Shown one piece after another: positions 60,575 through 64,000 of a stretch of 64,000 nt of DNA; position 1 is the stretch's first letter; each line of letters opens with the position of its first letter. This DNA comes from Escherichia coli (GTDB lineage Bacteria; Pseudomonadota; Gammaproteobacteria; Enterobacterales; Enterobacteriaceae): assembly GCF_024223415.1 (NCBI RefSeq), contig NZ_CP100500.1; one strand, written 5' to 3'. The notes below the pieces were generated by a model. That model made no database searches. It was not told the DNA's origin and saw only the letters and a list, made by a program, of their open reading frames with translations. A program made the translations under genes and the position numbers.

Positions 60575-61891
60575 TTAAGACTTCGTCGATTTCTCAAAGC
60601 GGCGTAGTAACTGATTCCCACGCTCAACGGCGGTATCCAGCGCCTGCTGTGGCGTCTTCTTACCGGTCCACACGCTCTCAAGCTCTTCATCCACAATCGC
60701 TCTGATCTGCGGCATGTTGCCCAGACGTAGTCCTTTGGTGAACGGTAACGACGGTTTGTTCAGCATCTGACGTGTCGCGATATCCGCCCCTGGGTTTTTC
60801 TCATAAAAGCCCTGCTCACGGGTCAGGTCATACGCCGCTTTGGTGATTGGCAGATAACCGGTTTTCTGATGCCACTCGGCAGCATTTTCTGGCTTCGCGA
60901 GGAAGTCGAGGAACTTCGCCACGCCGGTATACGTTTCTTTATCTTTGCCCTGCATCACCCACAGGCTGGCTCCGCCGATAATGGCGTTTTGTGGTGCATC
61001 TTTCGCGTCAGCGTCGTAAGGCATCATGCCTACGCCGTAGTTGAATTTGGCGTACTCGCGAATGCTGGCAAGAGAACCAGAAGAGGCAGTCGTCATTGCG
61101 CAATCACCGTTATAGAACTTCTCGGTGGATTCATCCTTACGCCCGACGTAGCTGAAATCGCCTTTCTTGTTCATCTCTTCGAGCATGGCGATGTGTTTCA
61201 CCTGCTCCGGCTTGTTGAACTCCAGCACCGCATCTGTGCCGTCAAAGCCGTTGTTTTTGCTGGCAAACGGCAGACCGTTCCAGGCGCTAAAGTTTTCCAG
61301 TTGGATCCAGCCCTGCCAGCCGCTGGAGTAGCCGCACTTCATACCGGAGGCTTTCAGTTTCGCGGCATAGTCCGCCAGATCCTGCCAGGTTTTCGGCGGC
61401 TGTTCTGGGTCTAATCCTGCTTTCTTGAAAGCATCTTTGTTGTAATAGAGAACAGGAGTCGAGCTGTTGAACGGCTGGGAGAGTAAGTGTCCCGTTTTGC
61501 TGTCGGAGTAGTAGCCTGAAACCGTCGGCACAAACTGCGACTCATCAAAGTTAATCCCCGCCTCTTTAAACACGTCATACACCGGTTTAATGGCTTTCGA
61601 CGCCATCATGGTGGCGGTGCCAACTTCATAAACCTGCAAAATAGCCGGAGCGTTACCGGTACGAAATGCTGCGATCCCCGCACTTAAACTCTCTTCGTAG
61701 TTGCCTTTATAAGTCGGTATAATTTTGTAATCCGGGTTTTCGGCGTTAAAACGTTGGACCAGAGAATTCACCTCTTTACCCAGTTCCCCTTCCATAGAGT
61801 GCCAGAACGGAATGGTCGTCACTGCCTGTGCATTCCCCATTAACGTCAGTCCGAGCACCAGTGCTGAAGCTGTATAATGTAACGGTTTCAT
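60575..61891 (-). CDS. ugpB: sn-glycerol-3-phosphate ABC transporter periplasmic binding protein
   Basis: Full-length 438 aa with a signal peptide. I recognise it as near-identical to E. coli UgpB. Confidence 0.9.
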   Translation of the reverse strand: MKPLHYTASALVLGLTLMGNAQAVTTIPFWHSMEGELGKEVNSLVQRFNAENPDYKIIPTYKGNYEESLSAGIAAFRTGNAPAILQVYEVGTATMMASKAIKPVYDVFKEAGINFDESQFVPTVSGYYSDSKTGHLLSQPFNSSTPVLYYNKDAFKKAGLDPEQPPKTWQDLADYAAKLKASGMKCGYSSGWQGWIQLENFSAWNGLPFASKNNGFDGTDAVLEFNKPEQVKHIAMLEEMNKKGDFSYVGRKDESTEKFYNGDCAMTTASSGSLASIREYAKFNYGVGMMPYDADAKDAPQNAIIGGASLWVMQGKDKETYTGVAKFLDFLAKPENAAEWHQKTGYLPITKAAYDLTREQGFYEKNPGADIATRQMLNKPSLPFTKGLRLGNMPQIRAIVDEELESVWTGKKTPQQALDTAVERGNQLLRRFEKSTKS

Positions 61892-61994
61892 CGTTTATCT
61901 CTCTTGCTTGTTGTACCTGATGAGCGAATTCACACGTTTCATGCTCGTGGGATTAAATATCATGCCCGAATTGCAGAAAAATAACTTTTTTATT

Positions 61995-62033
61995 ACATGT
62001 GTTAGACAGTAAAGTGTTAGAAAGATGACAGAG
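61995..62033 (-). promoter_or_regulatory. Pho boxes of the ugpB promoter
   Basis: The minus strand reads CTGTCATcttt CTAACACttta CTGTCTAacac ATGTAAT: 7-nt half-sites at 11-bp phasing. Confidence 0.6.
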
Positions 62034-62047
62034 CAGTGACGGCACAG

Positions 62048-62363
62048 GTGAGACGTGGTGGATTGAATTTGATCCTGCTGTTGACAGTGAAATCCGCAAG
62101 ACATGTCCGGCAGTGATCGTGAGCAATGACGCAGCAAACAGGAACCTCGCTCGAGTAGTCGTCGTTCCTCTGACCAGTAACACAGAGCGAGTGTATCCAA
62201 GTGAGGCTGTTGTGACCGTAGGTGTCAGAGCAGCAAAGCGATTGTAGAGCAGATTATGGCGGCGGATAAGTCCTGTCTCAAAACACATATTGGCTCGTTG
62301 TCCAAAGCAGATATGTTGTCTGTTGAGGACGCAATCAAGATCCATCTTGGTTTACTGCGGTAA
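62048..62363 (+). pseudogene. MazF/PemK-family toxin pseudogene
   Basis: '...WWIEFDPAVDSEIRKTCPAVIVSNDAANRNLARVVVVPLTSNTERVYPSEAVV...' ends at TAG 62245-62247. It then continues in another frame as 'EQIMAADKSCLKTHIGSLSKADMLSVEDAIKIHLGLLR*'. The N-terminus is also out of frame. Confidence 0.6.
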
Positions 62364-62998
62364 CGCCATGTGAATCTGTCGGCTACCGCCATTAGTGACG
62401 GAATTTTCTGTGGGGCAGCGTACCAATGGCATTCGGTTAAGTTCTTGCTGGAGCATCAAAAGAGTTCCAGCGCGTTCTGGGCCGTACATATTTTCGTGGG
62501 TAACACCTCCCTGGCCTTACTCGCTGAGTCATACAACTGCGATCGATTCAGATGCCATTTTGCAATCAGCCTCTCAGAAAGAGCGCAACAGAATGATTTT
62601 AAATGTTTTCCTGTTACCCGAATCAGTAAAGACAAGTACCTCACTACGAGAAACAAGCAGTTTTTGAAATTAAAATTTTGTTTATTTCTACTACTACCGA
62701 TGAAAACGTTATTATCTTAATAATTAATGTCATTTCAGGATATCCATGTAAGGTTAAGTAATAATATATGAGCCTGTATTTTTATTTTACATCTTTCTCA
62801 CTCTGTGAATGAAAATCTTCAATAGAAAATTTGATTTGAATAATTTATATAACTCTTCTATATTACATCAATGCCGATAGAAATCGTAAAAAGCTTCGTT
62901 TTCATAAAAATTTCTTTCAATAATATTTGTAGCTGGACCAGCCCCTTGAAACGCCAGATAGTGGATGTATCTTAAAATAAGAGACAGGCTTGGATATA

Positions 62999-63391
62999 TG
63001 TCTGACACTGGTTCTAATTTTGAGATGACTGGAACTTTGCCGGGGCTGGAGCTTCGTAAACGTAAAACTCCTCAGGAAAAAATTGGCATTATTCAGCAGA
63101 CAATGGAGCCTGGCATGGCGGTGTCACATGTGGCGCGTTTGCGTTGTATTCAGCCCTGCCTGTTGTTTAAGTGGAAAAACAATCTCTGGAAGGAAGTCTC
63201 ACTGCTGTTGCTTCAGGAGAGGGTGTCGTTCCTGCCTCAGAACTGCCTGCCGCTATAAAACAAATAAAAGAGTTACAGCTCTTGCTGGGTAAAAAACCAT
63301 GGAAGTTTAGATCCTCAAAGAAGTGGTGGAGTATGCGCAATCGCGAAAATGGATAGCGCATGTGCCCTTGTTACCTTCGGACAAGGAATAG
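62999..63391 (+). pseudogene. IS2-like OrfA (InsC-type), frameshifted
   Basis: '...QEKIGIIQQTMEPGMAVSHVAR...' and '[36 protein letters not shown]' lie in different frames. Downstream InsD-like residues 'VNAKRVYR' abut the IS66 end. Confidence 0.65.
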
Positions 63392-63561
63392 CCCCGGTAA
63401 GCCGTGTTCTGGGCGATACTCAGGCGGCAGTCCCTAAATGAAGGACTACCGTTAGTGAATGCAAAGCGCGTTTACCGTAAGCGTAAACTGACCGCCGTAT
63501 GTAGCCATCAGACGAGAATTGGTAACTTAGACGCCCATCTGATATAGACGGACATCTAAGT

Positions 63562-63987
63562 ATGGAATTACAGGACTGGCGAAAAGAACCTCGTAAAAAC
63601 TATTCGAATGAATTCAAACTTCGTATGGTGGAACTGGCATCACAACCTGGAGCTTGTGTTGCACAGATTGCACGTGAAAATGGCGTCAATGATAATGTTA
63701 TTTTCAAATGGCTCAGGCTCTGGCAGAACGAAGGGCGTGTTTCGCGGCGTCTTCCGGTAACGACCTCTTCTGACACTGGCGTTGAATTATTACCTGTAGA
63801 AATAACGCCGGATGAGCAGAAAGAACCTGTGGCGGCCATTGCGCCGTCTTTATCCACTTCCACTCAGACCAGAGTCAGTGCCAGTTCCTGCAAGGTGGAA
63901 TTCCGTCACGGTAACATGACGCTGGAAAATCCATCGCCAGAGCTGCTCACGGTGTTGATCCGTGAACTGACCGGGAGGGGAAGATGA
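63562..63987 (+). CDS. tnpA: IS66-family accessory protein TnpA
   Basis: '...NYSNEFKLRMVELASQPGACVAQIARENGVNDNVIFKWLRLWQNEG'. Confidence 0.85.
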   Translation: MELQDWRKEPRKNYSNEFKLRMVELASQPGACVAQIARENGVNDNVIFKWLRLWQNEGRVSRRLPVTTSSDTGVELLPVEITPDEQKEPVAAIAPSLSTSTQTRVSASSCKVEFRHGNMTLENPSPELLTVLIRELTGRGR

Positions 63988-64000
63988 TCTCACTCCCATC
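63984..64000 (+). CDS. tnpB: IS66-family TnpB, first codons only (cut by window end)
   Basis: ATGA overlap with tnpA; 'MISLP...' is the typical TnpB start. Confidence 0.6.

Larger units (their letters stand above)
63477..64000 (+). mobile_element. Left end of an IS66-family element, running off the window
   Basis: IRL starting GTAAGCGTAAACTGACCGCCGTATGTAGCC, then tnpA and the start of tnpB. Confidence 0.8.

Overview
Escherichia coli-type chromosomal DNA. All calls rest on reading the supplied ORF translations and the raw sequence by eye; no searches were run. The layout has five parts. (1) 1-8971: a colinear type II secretion operon, gspD (5'-truncated) to gspM. This is the 'beta' T2SS that sits beside pheV in E. 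coli (yghE/yghD side in K-12). (2) 9120-31647: a discrete ~22.5 kb island bounded by two partial tRNA-Phe 3'-end repeats, with a frameshifted P4-type integrase at its right end. Its cargo is almost entirely immunity genes, all but one on the minus strand: a Shango-type TerB/ATPase/helicase trio, an AbiEi/AbiEii pair and, on the plus strand, an RloC-like anticodon nuclease. Two large unassigned genes are translationally coupled to the 3' end of Shango: a ~1570 aa DExH helicase fused to a PD-(D/E)xK-like nuclease, and a 743 aa partner. This pair, and the five-gene operon it forms with Shango, is my best candidate for an undescribed system. Its architecture recalls DdmDE. (3) 31648-44700: a CP4-like island segment (DUF4942, cbtA/cbeA-family toxin-antitoxin, radC-like, antirestriction, DUF932, YeeP-like GTPase, inovirus-Gp2-like paralogues, alpA, decayed FinO/ProQ-like gene) containing an AT-rich orphan gene and a 1.6 kb ORF-free stretch. 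(4) 44883-59080: accessory metabolic and surface cargo (LacI regulator, ascorbate-family PTS and split transketolase; a repeat-rich YadA-like trimeric autotransporter; MliC-like protein; nanE, PTS EIICB and RpiR; phytase-like esterase) interspersed with IS remnants. (5) 59439-64000: a decayed IS110-family gene, an isolated ugpB with its Pho-box promoter but no ugpAECQ, a MazF/PemK-like pseudogene, an IS2-like remnant and the left end of an IS66-family element. I saw no intact tRNA, rRNA or CRISPR array.
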